A DNA stretch of 64,000 bases from an uncultured archaeon (GTDB lineage Archaea > Nanobdellota > Nanobdellia > Pacearchaeales > GW2011-AR1): the NCBI GenBank assembly GCA_902386025.1, contig CABMHR010000001.1, forward strand, positions 99,741-163,740, read 5' to 3'. Of the stretch, positions 18,335-28,539 are shown in pieces. The notes below the pieces were generated by a model, which did no database searches, was not told the origin of the DNA, and saw only the letters and a list, made by a program, of their open reading frames with translations. The position numbers and the translations under genes were made by a program. Every line of letters starts with the position of its first letter. Position 1 is the first letter of the stretch.

Positions 18335-18856
18335 TTAATCATTCTGGAAACTTTTTATATAATTAACGATTTCTGTTGTGGCGAGTTTTTGGTCAGCAGT
18401 ATATATTATTTCCCCCCCGACTTTTTTAATCATCTCACGCTCTTCATTTATTGCAGGAGTGTCCAGATTAATTATATCTGGTCCTTTTATGTAGCAGGAA
18501 GGTTTAATTAACTCTATAACCTCTGTTCCTTTTTCATAATCTGAAATAATCACGCAGTCTACAGATTCAAGGCTGGCAACCATATATGCTCTTAATGTTT
18601 CAGAGAATATAGGTCTTCCTGAACCTTTTCTTAAACGTATGAATTTATCTGCCGTTAGAGAAACAATTAGGTAATCACACAATCTTTTTGCCGATTCAAG
18701 ATGTATCACGTGCCCCGGATGAAGGAGGTCAAAACATCCATGACAAAGCCCCACTTTTTTACCGAATGATTTTAATTTTGAAGCAAAGACTGCTGCTTCA
18801 TTGAGTTCAACAATTTTTCCTGAAGAGAACGCTTCGGGGTTATTTACAAGCAGCAT
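18335..18856 (-). CDS. Cytidylyltransferase-family nucleotidyltransferase (RfaE domain II / heptose-1-P adenylyltransferase-like)
   Basis: GLCHGCFDLLHPGHVIHL, i.e. the (H/T)xGH motif of the cytidylyltransferase superfamily. Confidence 0.7.
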   Translation of the reverse strand: MLLVNNPEAFSSGKIVELNEAAVFASKLKSFGKKVGLCHGCFDLLHPGHVIHLESAKRLCDYLIVSLTADKFIRLRKGSGRPIFSETLRAYMVASLESVDCVIISDYEKGTEVIELIKPSCYIKGPDIINLDTPAINEEREMIKKVGGEIIYTADQKLATTEIVNYIKSFQND

Positions 18857-19954
18857 TTAAACTAATCTCCTGTGCCCCCGATCGATATTTTCAACAATCT
18901 TCTCAACATCAAATCCTTCTTCTTTAATCCAATTAACATAATCTTTAATAGATTTTTCTGGAGTGTTAATTGGCAACCATCCAATACTTTTTAGTTTAAA
19001 AATATCTGAAACTGCATTTCTTGTATCTGTTCTTCTAAATCTTCCATCAATAAGAATTTCAGAATCTGATTTGGTAATCTCTTTAACCATTATAGCAAAT
19101 TCTTTTATACTATATCCTTTTCCTCCACCAACATTAAATATTTCAAAGTCTGTTTTTGAACTTTCTATCATCAGTATATTTGCCCTGGCAACATCCTCCA
19201 CATTGACAAAATCTCTTAATTGGTTTCCATCTTCTGTAACCGTGATTGGTTTACCTGCCAGTGCCTGTGTAACAAAAATCCTTAATGCTCCAGAATAAAT
19301 GTTTCTAGGAGATTGTCTCGCCCCTTGAACAATTGAATATCTTAAAATAGAAACAGGGATATTATATGTTCTTCCAAGCCTTAATGCCATTGCTTCTGAA
19401 GCCATTTTTGATAGCCCGTATGAATTTGTGGGATTAATCTTCTGATTTTCTCTAAATGGGACAAATTTTGCTGATCTGCCTTTAATATCTGTTACTTCCC
19501 ACCCCTTATTCTTTAATTGTTCTTCACTTCTCAATTCTGGAAAAAATTCCTGCCCATCTTCTGAAATATAAATACCATCTCCGTATACAAATTGCGAACT
19601 CGAATAAACAATCTTTTTTACAGATAATTTGTATTCTAAAATTATTTCAAAGATTAATGATAAACTTACTGTATTCACCATAAAGAATCTACTAAAATCA
19701 GGCATCTGGTCCTGATATGCTGCAAGATGAATAATATAATCAACCCCTTTCATTGCTTCAATTAATTGTTTCTTATCTGTGACACTTCCTTTTATTAATT
19801 CGTAGCCTTTTCCTTGCACATAATCTGGCCATTCCCCATTATGAACGGGGGGGCTTAAATCATCCATAATCTTTATTTTATATCCTTTCTTTTTCAATAA
19901 ATCTGCAGTATGACTCCCAATAAATCCTGCACCCCCAGTTATTAATACATTCAT
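18857..19954 (-). CDS. NAD-dependent sugar-nucleotide epimerase/dehydratase (extended SDR)
   Basis: VLITGGAGFIGSH, YGLSKMASE (YxxxK). Confidence 0.75.
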   Translation of the reverse strand: MNVLITGGAGFIGSHTADLLKKKGYKIKIMDDLSPPVHNGEWPDYVQGKGYELIKGSVTDKKQLIEAMKGVDYIIHLAAYQDQMPDFSRFFMVNTVSLSLIFEIILEYKLSVKKIVYSSSQFVYGDGIYISEDGQEFFPELRSEEQLKNKGWEVTDIKGRSAKFVPFRENQKINPTNSYGLSKMASEAMALRLGRTYNIPVSILRYSIVQGARQSPRNIYSGALRIFVTQALAGKPITVTEDGNQLRDFVNVEDVARANILMIESSKTDFEIFNVGGGKGYSIKEFAIMVKEITKSDSEILIDGRFRRTDTRNAVSDIFKLKSIGWLPINTPEKSIKDYVNWIKEEGFDVEKIVENIDRGHRRLV

Positions 19955-20562
19955 TTTACTTCCTCCTTAAAAAATTCCCCTGTACTCTTTAAATCTCTCA
20001 TCTTTTCCCTCAACCAGCAGGTGATAAGGTGGGATAATATGCTATGTGAATCTTCTATCCTTCCGTAATGAGAATCTTCGTATAAAATATAATAGTCTAC
20101 CATATTTTTTACCTTCCCTCCATTAGCTCCTAAAAACCCAATAACAACCGCTTTCTTTTCCTGAGCAACTTTTACTGCTCTCACAATATTTTCACTATTC
20201 CCACTACCAGTTATAGCAATTAATATATCTCCTCTTACCATCAAATTGTTTAGTTGTTGAGAAAAAACATTATTATATGTAACATCATTTGCTAACGCGG
20301 TTAATAAAGGGGTGTTATCAGTTAAAGATACAACCCTAAATCTTTTTTCTGTAATATCATATATCTTTTTTAATGTCCCCTTTCCCAAATCACACGCTAA
20401 ATGGGAAGCAATAGCGGCACTTCCCCCATTTCCAATAATAAAAATTTGTTGATTATTTTTCCAAGCATTCAACAAAATATCCACTACTCTTTCTATATCT
20501 GACGGATTTAGCTTATCTAACCCTTCTTTTAATTTGTTAATATATTCTTTTACAAAATCCAT
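19951..20562 (-). CDS. gmhA: SIS-domain phosphoheptose isomerase-like protein
   Basis: IIGNGGSAAIASHLACDLGK and ITGSGNSENI are typical of GmhA/SIS. Context of a kinase plus nucleotidyltransferases. Confidence 0.7.
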   Translation of the reverse strand: MDFVKEYINKLKEGLDKLNPSDIERVVDILLNAWKNNQQIFIIGNGGSAAIASHLACDLGKGTLKKIYDITEKRFRVVSLTDNTPLLTALANDVTYNNVFSQQLNNLMVRGDILIAITGSGNSENIVRAVKVAQEKKAVVIGFLGANGGKVKNMVDYYILYEDSHYGRIEDSHSILSHLITCWLREKMRDLKSTGEFFKEEVK

Positions 20563-21537
20563 TTATTCTTCAACATGAACAATTTTACTTCCAAATGGCC
20601 CAAATTCTAACTCAAAGGGGATTTCTCTAAGCTCCAATGTAGCTCTTACTTTGTCTTGTTTTTCAGGTTCAACATAAAATAATAGAAATCCCCCCGTACC
20701 AGTACCGGTGCATATTTTTCCCCCTATTGCTCCTGCTTCTCTAGCAAGGGTGTAATATTTATCAATTTCCGAATTAGAGACATTTTTTATGACTTTCTTT
20801 TTAAATTCCCAATTCTCGTGTAAAAGTTCCCCAAATCTTCTTAAGTCTGATGCATATAATGCATCTCTGCTTAAGTATACAGTTTCTTTGATTTTATGAA
20901 GTATCTCTTCTCTTCTATTCTTTTCTATATCTTGCGATAGCAGTATGTCCTTTGTATCTCTTTTCACTCCCGTGTCAAAAAGTAATAAATTTTCTGATAA
21001 ATTTCTTTTTAATAATTTTGGGATTATTATGGGGTTAACAATAATCTCCTCATCTTTCCCAAATTCAATAAGATTAAGCCCCCCATGAGATACTGCATAA
21101 TAATCTTGAAACCCAAAAGGTTTTGATGTTTTTTTTCCAATTTCCACAGATTCTTTTGCAAGTTCTGCTCCAGATTTATGTTTTCCGATTAAAGCATGGA
21201 GGGCATTTAATGAACCAACAGTAAAAGCACTTGAACTCCCCAATCCTTGTCCTTTTGGGATATCTGACAAATTAACAAGTTCTACTCCCTTTGTTATTCC
21301 GGTGGATTTTAAACATTCTTTCCAAACTTCGTTTTCAACATCTTCCACATTTTTTACAATTTCATTTTTTGAATACTTTAACCAAAGTTCATTATCAATT
21401 CTTTCTTTTGCAAATACATAAGCATATCGGTTAATGGTAGCATTAAGAACAACCCCCCCATAAGTTTCCCTGTAATCTTTTATGTCTGTTGCTCCTCCGC
21501 AGAAATTTAATCTTAAAGGGGTTTTTGAGATTATCAT
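20563..21537 (-). CDS. GHMP-family sugar kinase (heptose-7-P kinase HddA-like), copy 1
   Basis: MIISKTPLRLNFCGGATD ... PKGQGLGSSSAF (GHMP motif II) ... GTGTGGF. Confidence 0.7.
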   Translation of the reverse strand: MIISKTPLRLNFCGGATDIKDYRETYGGVVLNATINRYAYVFAKERIDNELWLKYSKNEIVKNVEDVENEVWKECLKSTGITKGVELVNLSDIPKGQGLGSSSAFTVGSLNALHALIGKHKSGAELAKESVEIGKKTSKPFGFQDYYAVSHGGLNLIEFGKDEEIIVNPIIIPKLLKRNLSENLLLFDTGVKRDTKDILLSQDIEKNRREEILHKIKETVYLSRDALYASDLRRFGELLHENWEFKKKVIKNVSNSEIDKYYTLAREAGAIGGKICTGTGTGGFLLFYVEPEKQDKVRATLELREIPFELEFGPFGSKIVHVEE

Positions 21538-22220
21538 ATTTTACCCTCAATTAATTGAGAAACATTTAATTCTTTCCACCCTAAAAATATTTCATAAGCT
21601 CCTGCCTCTTTTAATCTGTTAAGTATAAATGAATTATTATACACAGGCATCCCAATTGCTTTAGAGCCAGCAGATATTGCTGCCTTAATCCCATTATGCG
21701 AGTCTTCAAATACTAATTGTTCTTCTGATTTAATCCCCATCCTCCTTGCAGTTTCTAAATAAACATCTGGGGAGGGTTTTAAGTTCTGCACATCTTCTTT
21801 CAATATAATTTTATCATTTGTGAAATAATTACAAAGCCCAGATTCTTTTAAAATAAAAATTGCTTTATCTGAAGGAGTTAGCGAACCTATAGAAAAAGGA
21901 ATTTCTAAATCTTTTATTGTTTGAAGAACTTCTAAAAATCCTTCACGGGGGAATATTTTTTTACGATATAACTGCCTTTCATATAATTCCTGATCTATTT
22001 TTAACATTTCGTCAATAGACATATATCTATAACCTAGATTCTGAACATCTTCCATTATTTTCTCACCCGGCCCACCAACAAAATGTTCAATTTTACTTAT
22101 GGCTTCTTCAATAGATAAATTTAATCCTACCCTCCTAAACAATTCTAAATGTGCGTCATGATGCAGTTTCTCCAAGTCTACTATTGTTCCTTCGAGATCA
22201 AATGCAATTCCTTTTATCAT
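21534..22220 (-). CDS. HAD-superfamily hydrolase (beta-phosphoglucomutase/phosphatase-like)
   Basis: IAFDLEGTIVD (motif I), FEDSHNGIKAA (motif IV region). Confidence 0.7.
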   Translation of the reverse strand: MIKGIAFDLEGTIVDLEKLHHDAHLELFRRVGLNLSIEEAISKIEHFVGGPGEKIMEDVQNLGYRYMSIDEMLKIDQELYERQLYRKKIFPREGFLEVLQTIKDLEIPFSIGSLTPSDKAIFILKESGLCNYFTNDKIILKEDVQNLKPSPDVYLETARRMGIKSEEQLVFEDSHNGIKAAISAGSKAIGMPVYNNSFILNRLKEAGAYEIFLGWKELNVSQLIEGKI

Positions 22221-22221
22221 C

Positions 22222-23199
22222 TTAATTGTTATAGATTATCCTGCTTCCTCGGTTTTCAAATTTAAATTTATATTCCTCTAAATCACAAAACGCATTTCTT
22301 ATTGCTTCTTGTTTTTTGTAATCAATATAAATTAAAAGGAATCCAACCCCCCCTGCCCCAGAGAGTTTTGCTCCTTCCGCCCCTAACTCCATCGCAAGGC
22401 GGTGATATTTTTCAATAAAGGGATTATTTATACTAGAAATTAACTCTTTTTTAATAACCCAATTCTCATTTAATATCTTTCCAAATTCTTCTCCTCTTCC
22501 CAATTTTATCTTTTTAGAGATATAGTCTGCAAGATTCCTCATATCTACCATTGAATTAAATACTCTTGGATTTGTTCTCATTTCTTTATCTTGTTCTTTA
22601 AGTATAGAAGAAGTTTGTCTTTGCCCACCTAAATAGAACATCATCATATTTTTTTCTATATAATCTATCATATTTTTTTCTTCTGTTAATGGAGAAACTA
22701 TAACCTTTTTGTTAATAAATTCCATTTTATTAAGTCCTCCAAGAGCAGCAACATATTGGTCCTGTCTGCCTATTGGTTCTTTTAAAATATCTATTTCTAT
22801 CTCACTTGCTTCTTCTGCTAATTTCTCAAGATTAACTGAATTGCCTTTATAGTTATGCAATGCATTTAACACACCTACTGTGAAAGAACTAGAGCCACCC
22901 AATCCTGTCCCGCTATTAACCTCTGCAATAGAATAAATTTCAATCCCTTCACAAATCCCCGCAATTTTCATCGCTTCTCTTACTCTTCCGTTTTTAATTA
23001 AATGAGGGTTGGTTACATTTTCAATTTTATTATCACAAATAATTCTAATATTCTTGTCAGAGGAAGGATGAACAATTACATAAATATATTTCTTAATTGC
23101 AGCGTTTATTATGCATCCCCTTTCTCTCTCACAAAAACTACCAATATCTGTCCCATCTCCGACTAAGTCCACTCTGTAAGGAGTTTTTGATATTATCAT
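22222..23199 (-). CDS. GHMP-family sugar kinase, copy 2 (paralogue of 20563..21537)
   Basis: MIISKTPYRVDLVGDGTD ... NSGTGLGGSSSF ... GAGGVGF. Confidence 0.7.
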   Translation of the reverse strand: MIISKTPYRVDLVGDGTDIGSFCERERGCIINAAIKKYIYVIVHPSSDKNIRIICDNKIENVTNPHLIKNGRVREAMKIAGICEGIEIYSIAEVNSGTGLGGSSSFTVGVLNALHNYKGNSVNLEKLAEEASEIEIDILKEPIGRQDQYVAALGGLNKMEFINKKVIVSPLTEEKNMIDYIEKNMMMFYLGGQRQTSSILKEQDKEMRTNPRVFNSMVDMRNLADYISKKIKLGRGEEFGKILNENWVIKKELISSINNPFIEKYHRLAMELGAEGAKLSGAGGVGFLLIYIDYKKQEAIRNAFCDLEEYKFKFENRGSRIIYNN

Positions 23200-23282
23200 C
23201 TTTTTTCTTATGAACTCAAAATTCTTTTTTAAATATTATGAAGATATAATCTCTATCTTTCATATTTTATAGGAGAAATTAA

Positions 23283-24035
23283 TTAAATCTTAGGAAGTAA
23301 ATTCCCTTGGGTATTTATAATATCTTTCTGTGCTTTTTCGTATCTTTCAAATGTTCCTATATCCTGCACGTAAGCATTTGGATTGAATGCATACATTACA
23401 CCGCTATTTTGCAATAATCTTGGGAATAAATCTGTTCCTAAATCCTCTTTTTCTTCCCTTAAATATTTTAAAACTTCTGGTTCAAGTATATAAACACATG
23501 ATGCAGATTCTCCCTTAATATTCCCAGAAATTAAATCTTCTTTTTTTGGTTTTTCCACAAAATTTAAAACTCTTCCATCATCATCCACATTCACAATCCC
23601 TCTTGTCCATGGTTCATCATGTTTGTGCAATGTTATTGTTGCAATTGAAGGGTGCTCTTTATAAAAAGAAATAACCTTCCCTAAATCCATATCGCTTAAA
23701 TTATCTGCATAAATAACTAAAAATGGTTCATTGGAACAAAAGCCAGGATAAGTTTCCTCAATTTTTTTTATTGAAGTCGCTGTTCCAAGGAGAGTTTCTT
23801 CCTTGGAATATATTATACTAACCCCAAATCTTTCCCCATCTCCAAAATAGTTCTCAATTTGTTCTCCCAAATGATAAAGATTTATTGCAATTTCTTTAAT
23901 ATTATATCTCTTTAAAAGTTCAATCCAATACTGAAGAAGAGGTTTTCCTGCTATTGGTAACATTACTTTTGGTATTTTATCTGTGAGGGGGATTAATCTT
24001 TCACCTCGTCCAGCAGAGAGCAAAATTGCTTTCAT
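23283..24035 (-). CDS. NDP-sugar pyrophosphorylase (mannose/heptose-1-P guanylyltransferase-like)
   Basis: MKAILLSAGRGERLIPLTDKIPKVMLPIAGKPLL (G-x-G-x-R-L signature). Confidence 0.75.
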   Translation of the reverse strand: MKAILLSAGRGERLIPLTDKIPKVMLPIAGKPLLQYWIELLKRYNIKEIAINLYHLGEQIENYFGDGERFGVSIIYSKEETLLGTATSIKKIEETYPGFCSNEPFLVIYADNLSDMDLGKVISFYKEHPSIATITLHKHDEPWTRGIVNVDDDGRVLNFVEKPKKEDLISGNIKGESASCVYILEPEVLKYLREEKEDLGTDLFPRLLQNSGVMYAFNPNAYVQDIGTFERYEKAQKDIINTQGNLLPKI

Positions 24036-24135
24036 TCAAAGAACTGTTAAATATCTTATTTAAAGATTGTTAAAGAACCCTATACTTTTTTATTCTGTTA
24101 ACTTTAATTAAAGAATATATCTCTAATCAATAATC

Positions 24136-24145
24136 TTTTTAAAAA
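24136..24145 (+). promoter_or_regulatory. TATA-box-like element (TTTTTAAAAA) about 25 nt upstream of the ATG at 24165
   Basis: Lies in a divergent intergenic region, with the same spacing as the other candidates. Confidence 0.35.
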
Positions 24146-24164
24146 GGTTAAATTTTCTTGATAA

Positions 24165-25076
24165 ATGATATCCATTATTGTAACTGCCTATGAAGATCCC
24201 AACTCTACAAAAGAAGCTATCTGGAGATTACTAAACCAAGATGATTTTTATGAGAAATTTGAATTAATCGCAGCATGCCCAGATAAACCAACAAAAAAGA
24301 TTATTATGGATTATAAAAAAAAATTCCCTAAATTAATAAAATATGTTAAACAAGATGATCCTGACAAAAATAAACTAATGAATAAGATATTAAGATTAAC
24401 ACGGGGGGGGATTATAGTCTGGACAGACGGGAATAAGTTTGTAGATAAAAATGCTATTCAATTGATTATCAAGGAATTTAAAGACCCTTATGTAGGTTGT
24501 GCGGGAGGAAGGCCTATCCCCCAAAATAAAAGTGATAATCTTTTTGGATTTTGGGCACATACCCTTACAAATGCTGCTCATAGATTAAGAGAAAAAAGAT
24601 TTTCTCACGGAAAATTTGTAGAACAATGTGCAAACCTCCTTGCAATGAGAACGGGGATTATTGAAGAAATACCAAAAAATGTTGCAGAAGATTCTATTAT
24701 TCCTTATTTAATTTCTAAGAAGGGATATAAAAATGTATATGTTGGAGACGCAAAAGTTTATGTGATGTATCCAAGAAATTTCAGAGATTGGGTGAAACAG
24801 AAAGTTCGTTCTGCAAAATCTCATGAAGCAATGAATAAACACATTTCTTCTAGAAAGATTAAACAAAAAACTTTATTGAATGAGTTTCTCTATGGATTTT
24901 TATTTGTATTATCTTCCCCCAAAACTCCCAGAGAATTATTCTGGACTATTTTGCTTTATCCAGCAAGGCTATATGTATGGGCATTAACTTTCTACGAGAT
25001 AAAAATTAAAAAAAGTCCCTATGTTGCAGTATGGTCTCGTTCTGAGTCAACTAAAACATTAGATTATAAAAAATGA
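24165..25076 (+). CDS. Family 2 glycosyltransferase (paralogue of 17450..18322)
   Basis: MISIIVTAYEDPNST..., WTDGNKF, GGRPIP. Contains a G8 tract at 24403-24410. Confidence 0.7.
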   Translation: MISIIVTAYEDPNSTKEAIWRLLNQDDFYEKFELIAACPDKPTKKIIMDYKKKFPKLIKYVKQDDPDKNKLMNKILRLTRGGIIVWTDGNKFVDKNAIQLIIKEFKDPYVGCAGGRPIPQNKSDNLFGFWAHTLTNAAHRLREKRFSHGKFVEQCANLLAMRTGIIEEIPKNVAEDSIIPYLISKKGYKNVYVGDAKVYVMYPRNFRDWVKQKVRSAKSHEAMNKHISSRKIKQKTLLNEFLYGFLFVLSSPKTPRELFWTILLYPARLYVWALTFYEIKIKKSPYVAVWSRSESTKTLDYKK

Positions 25077-26101
25077 GATTAAAGAGAAAACTAAACTATT
25101 TTATTAAATATGTATTATTGCATCCTTTTAGATTAATCAATCTGTTAAAAATTAATTTTTCTAAGAGATTAAAATTAACTCAAATTTGGGGATTCCCCTC
25201 AACACTTATGATAGAACCAACCAACATTTGTAATCTAAAATGTCCTTTATGCCCTACGGGAGCAGGTTTAATAAAGAGAGAAAAAGGTTTTTTGACATTT
25301 TCTAACTTTAAGAAAGTTATTGACGAATCTTTCCCTTACATTTTCCACCTTAGATTATGGAATTGGGGAGAACCTTTATTAAACAAAGAGATATTCAAAA
25401 TGATTTCTTATGCCAAAAAGAAAAATCTATTTGTTAATTTAAGCACGAATAGCAATTTTTTGGATAAGGAAATATCCCAGAAGATAATTCTATCCGGTCT
25501 TGATGAATTAATCATATCTTTAGATGGTGCTTCTGAAGAAACTTATAAAACCTACAGGAAAGGGGGGGATTTTAACAAGGTGATTAATTCAATTAGGTTT
25601 TTAATCAGCGAGAGAAAACGGCTTAATTGCAAGGTTCCTTATGTTAAATTGCAGTTTATTATTATGAAAAGCAATGAAAATGAAATTGCTAAAATAAAAT
25701 ACCTTGCTAAAAATCTTGATGTTGATGAACTTTCCTTTAAGACAGTGGGAATAATGGATTATTTTTCTAAGGAAAACATAAAAAAGTATATCCCAACAAA
25801 TAAAAAATATTCCAGATATTTATTAAATTCTGGAGAAGTTGTTTCTAAAGAAAAAGTTAAAAATGGGTGTGATTTTCTTTGGAATGAAGCAGTTGTAAAT
25901 TGGGATGGTAGTATGGTTCCCTGTTGTTTTGATATGAATAATCATCATCTTTTTGGAAATGCATTTATTACCCCTTTAAGAGAAAATTGGAATAATAAAC
26001 AATATGTTTCGTTTAGAAAAGCCATATTAACCTGCAAAAAAAATATTGCATTATGTAAAAATTGCCCTGGGACAAATAAACAGACATTTATCAAAATTTA
26101 A
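25073..26101 (+). CDS. Radical SAM enzyme with C-terminal SPASM-like Cys-rich domain
   Basis: EPTNICNLKCPLCPTG (CX3CX2C). C-terminus has GCDFLWNEAVVNWDGSMVPCCFD ... CKNCPG. Confidence 0.75.
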   Translation: MRLKRKLNYFIKYVLLHPFRLINLLKINFSKRLKLTQIWGFPSTLMIEPTNICNLKCPLCPTGAGLIKREKGFLTFSNFKKVIDESFPYIFHLRLWNWGEPLLNKEIFKMISYAKKKNLFVNLSTNSNFLDKEISQKIILSGLDELIISLDGASEETYKTYRKGGDFNKVINSIRFLISERKRLNCKVPYVKLQFIIMKSNENEIAKIKYLAKNLDVDELSFKTVGIMDYFSKENIKKYIPTNKKYSRYLLNSGEVVSKEKVKNGCDFLWNEAVVNWDGSMVPCCFDMNNHHLFGNAFITPLRENWNNKQYVSFRKAILTCKKNIALCKNCPGTNKQTFIKI

Positions 26102-26138
26102 CTATCGCAATAAATAAAAACCCTTTACCCTCTGTTTT

Positions 26139-27851
26139 ATGATGGAAGAAGGGATAGAAAAGAGGAAGTCCAAAATAAGCAAATTTCTCTTTGGATGGGT
26201 TAAAGACAATTACGACAGGATTTTTCTTGCAATACTCTTGGCAGCATTTGCACTAAGATTGTATATTTTCTTTCAGACAATGCATCAGCCATTGTGGTGG
26301 GATGAAGCAGATTATTTATCTGCAGGAAAAAGGTGGGGTTTGAGCCTTGATATAAGAGATATTTGGTATTATAGGAGGGGTTTTTTATTCCCCCTCATAA
26401 GTGCATTATTTTTTAAAACTGGATTAGGGGAGACAGGAATAAGATTTCTTGAAGTTTTATTTTCAACAGGGATTGTTGCTGTTTCCTATGCTTTGATATC
26501 CAAGATGTTCAGCAAGAAACTTGCATTGCTTACTTCCATAGCATTATCTGCATCATGGATAATCTTATTCTTTACAGGAAGAATATTAACCGATATTCCT
26601 GCAGCATTCTTCTTGCTTTTGGCTCTTCTCCTTTTCTGGAAGGGTTATGTCTTGAAAGAAGGAAATAAATTTTTGTATCTCTTCGGTTTTATATTTGTAT
26701 GTGCTGTAATGACAAGAATGCAGTCTCTTATGCTAGCCCCTCCTTTTTTGATTTATATATTTATAAAAGAAAAATTCAAAATGTTTAAGAACAAGCAGTT
26801 ATGGATTACACTGGGAATATTTTTACTCTTGCTGGTTCCTTACTTGATTATATATTCTACGCATTATGGAAATCCTATTGCAGATTTAGCTTCCCACTAT
26901 CTTGGAATAGGCAGTTCTGCTCATCCCGTCTCCTCTGGAAATGTCAGAACTTTTTCAATGGCGACATTCAATTATTTTAAAGATTTGCCCTATATGGTAA
27001 CTACTCCTATACTTATTTTATTAATAATTGGAGCAATTTATTTCCTTAATGATTTGATAATTGGTTTGGACAAAGTGAGAAAAGACGAAATCTTGAGCAA
27101 TAAGCTCTTTGTTGTATTGTGGATTCTTTCTTTGTTCCTGATAATGGGATACATCGGTTCTGTGTCTTATGTTGAACAAAGATACGTAACTGCTGCACTG
27201 CCGTTTTTATTTATGATAGCAGTTTCTCCTCTTATCCTTTTTGAGAAAATAATTTCAAAGTATCTAAAAATAAACAAAAGATTAATCTTTGTCGGGCTGT
27301 TTGTAATTTTAATTGCTATGATGATTCCCAATTTTACATTGACGAAAAATCTTACAGAAAATAAATTATATTCTTATTACTCAATTGAACAGGCAGGAAA
27401 ATTAATCAAGGCAGATTCAAATTCTACAGATATTATTATGTCTACTTCGCTTCCTCAAATTACATATTATTCTGAACGCTCAGTTTATCCATATGAAGTT
27501 CATGAAGACGGAATTAATAAAGGAGACAATTCACTCCTTAAATATTCGGAGGGAGAAAAAGGATTTGAAGAATTTCTCACAGACAAGAAGCCAAAATATT
27601 TAATGACATCTTCTATTTTTGAAGATTATCCAACCTGGATTTTAACACAAGGGCAAAAAGAGGGATATAATTTTATTGTTATGCCTTTTTTCAATTCTTC
27701 GATAGTTTATGATGCAAAAACAAACCAGATGGTCTCTTTGGATTTAAAAGGAGAGATAAAAAAGGAGAATATGACTTTAACATTATTCTTCCCCAAGTCT
27801 GTAGATGAAATAAATGGGGTATTTATCTATAAGGTAGAATATAACAACTAA
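26139..27851 (+). CDS. GT-C fold membrane glycosyltransferase (ArnT/PMT family 39-like)
   Basis: Multi-span hydrophobic N-terminal two-thirds with an early WWDEADY loop motif, followed by a soluble C-terminal domain. Confidence 0.7.
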   Translation: MMEEGIEKRKSKISKFLFGWVKDNYDRIFLAILLAAFALRLYIFFQTMHQPLWWDEADYLSAGKRWGLSLDIRDIWYYRRGFLFPLISALFFKTGLGETGIRFLEVLFSTGIVAVSYALISKMFSKKLALLTSIALSASWIILFFTGRILTDIPAAFFLLLALLLFWKGYVLKEGNKFLYLFGFIFVCAVMTRMQSLMLAPPFLIYIFIKEKFKMFKNKQLWITLGIFLLLLVPYLIIYSTHYGNPIADLASHYLGIGSSAHPVSSGNVRTFSMATFNYFKDLPYMVTTPILILLIIGAIYFLNDLIIGLDKVRKDEILSNKLFVVLWILSLFLIMGYIGSVSYVEQRYVTAALPFLFMIAVSPLILFEKIISKYLKINKRLIFVGLFVILIAMMIPNFTLTKNLTENKLYSYYSIEQAGKLIKADSNSTDIIMSTSLPQITYYSERSVYPYEVHEDGINKGDNSLLKYSEGEKGFEEFLTDKKPKYLMTSSIFEDYPTWILTQGQKEGYNFIVMPFFNSSIVYDAKTNQMVSLDLKGEIKKENMTLTLFFPKSVDEINGVFIYKVEYNN

Positions 27852-27852
27852 A

Positions 27853-28539
27853 ATGAAATTTGAATCAAATTTAGATAAAGGAATTGATTATAATAATGAA
27901 TATCATCTGGCAAAATTTGGAAAATGGCTGAAACATAGGCAAATATATGAATTAAAGGGAAAGGTTGCTAAAAAAAATATTTTTTCTTATTCTTTTGACG
28001 AAAATTCAAGAGTTTTGGAAATTGGCTGTGGCATAGGGCAGATAACCGCTTGGGTTAAGAATAAACATGGATTTGATATAAATAAAGAGTTATATCCCCC
28101 CTTGAAAAAAGAGGGATTTGTGATGCATGATTCTGTTAAAGAGATTCCAAATAATTATTTTGATGAACTTGTAATGTCTATGGTATTAGAACATATTCCA
28201 GAACCGATAAATTTTATTAATTCTCTTAAGGTTAAACTAAAAGAAAACGGAAAAATAAGACTGGCATTGCCTCGTGCATATTATCATAAAATGAAAGATA
28301 TGAATAAATCAGCAGATGGGCATTATTACTGCTGGGGATTCCCAGACATCAATTATCTTCTTAATAGGTGTGGTTTTGAAGTGTTAATCAATAAAAAGTT
28401 TTTTAGGAGGGGGATTGACAGGCTTTTTTTCATTTCAAAGATAAGTTTTCCGCTTTATATGATGATGATACAATTTCTCGGATTTCTGAAGAATGATTTT
28501 GATATAATCATTATTGCTAAAAAAAATAAACAAGTTTAA
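27853..28539 (+). CDS. Class I SAM-dependent methyltransferase
   Basis: VLEIGCGIGQ (motif I), MSMVLEHIPEP. Confidence 0.7.
   Translation: MKFESNLDKGIDYNNEYHLAKFGKWLKHRQIYELKGKVAKKNIFSYSFDENSRVLEIGCGIGQITAWVKNKHGFDINKELYPPLKKEGFVMHDSVKEIPNNYFDELVMSMVLEHIPEPINFINSLKVKLKENGKIRLALPRAYYHKMKDMNKSADGHYYCWGFPDINYLLNRCGFEVLINKKFFRRGIDRLFFISKISFPLYMMMIQFLGFLKNDFDIIIIAKKNKQV

Noticed and set aside
21534-22220. HAD motif I reads DLEGT (Glu instead of the second Asp), a possible inactive enzyme.
   Set aside because: I cannot judge from one by-eye motif whether this substitution is normal for the subfamily. The remaining HAD motifs look intact, so there is insufficient evidence.
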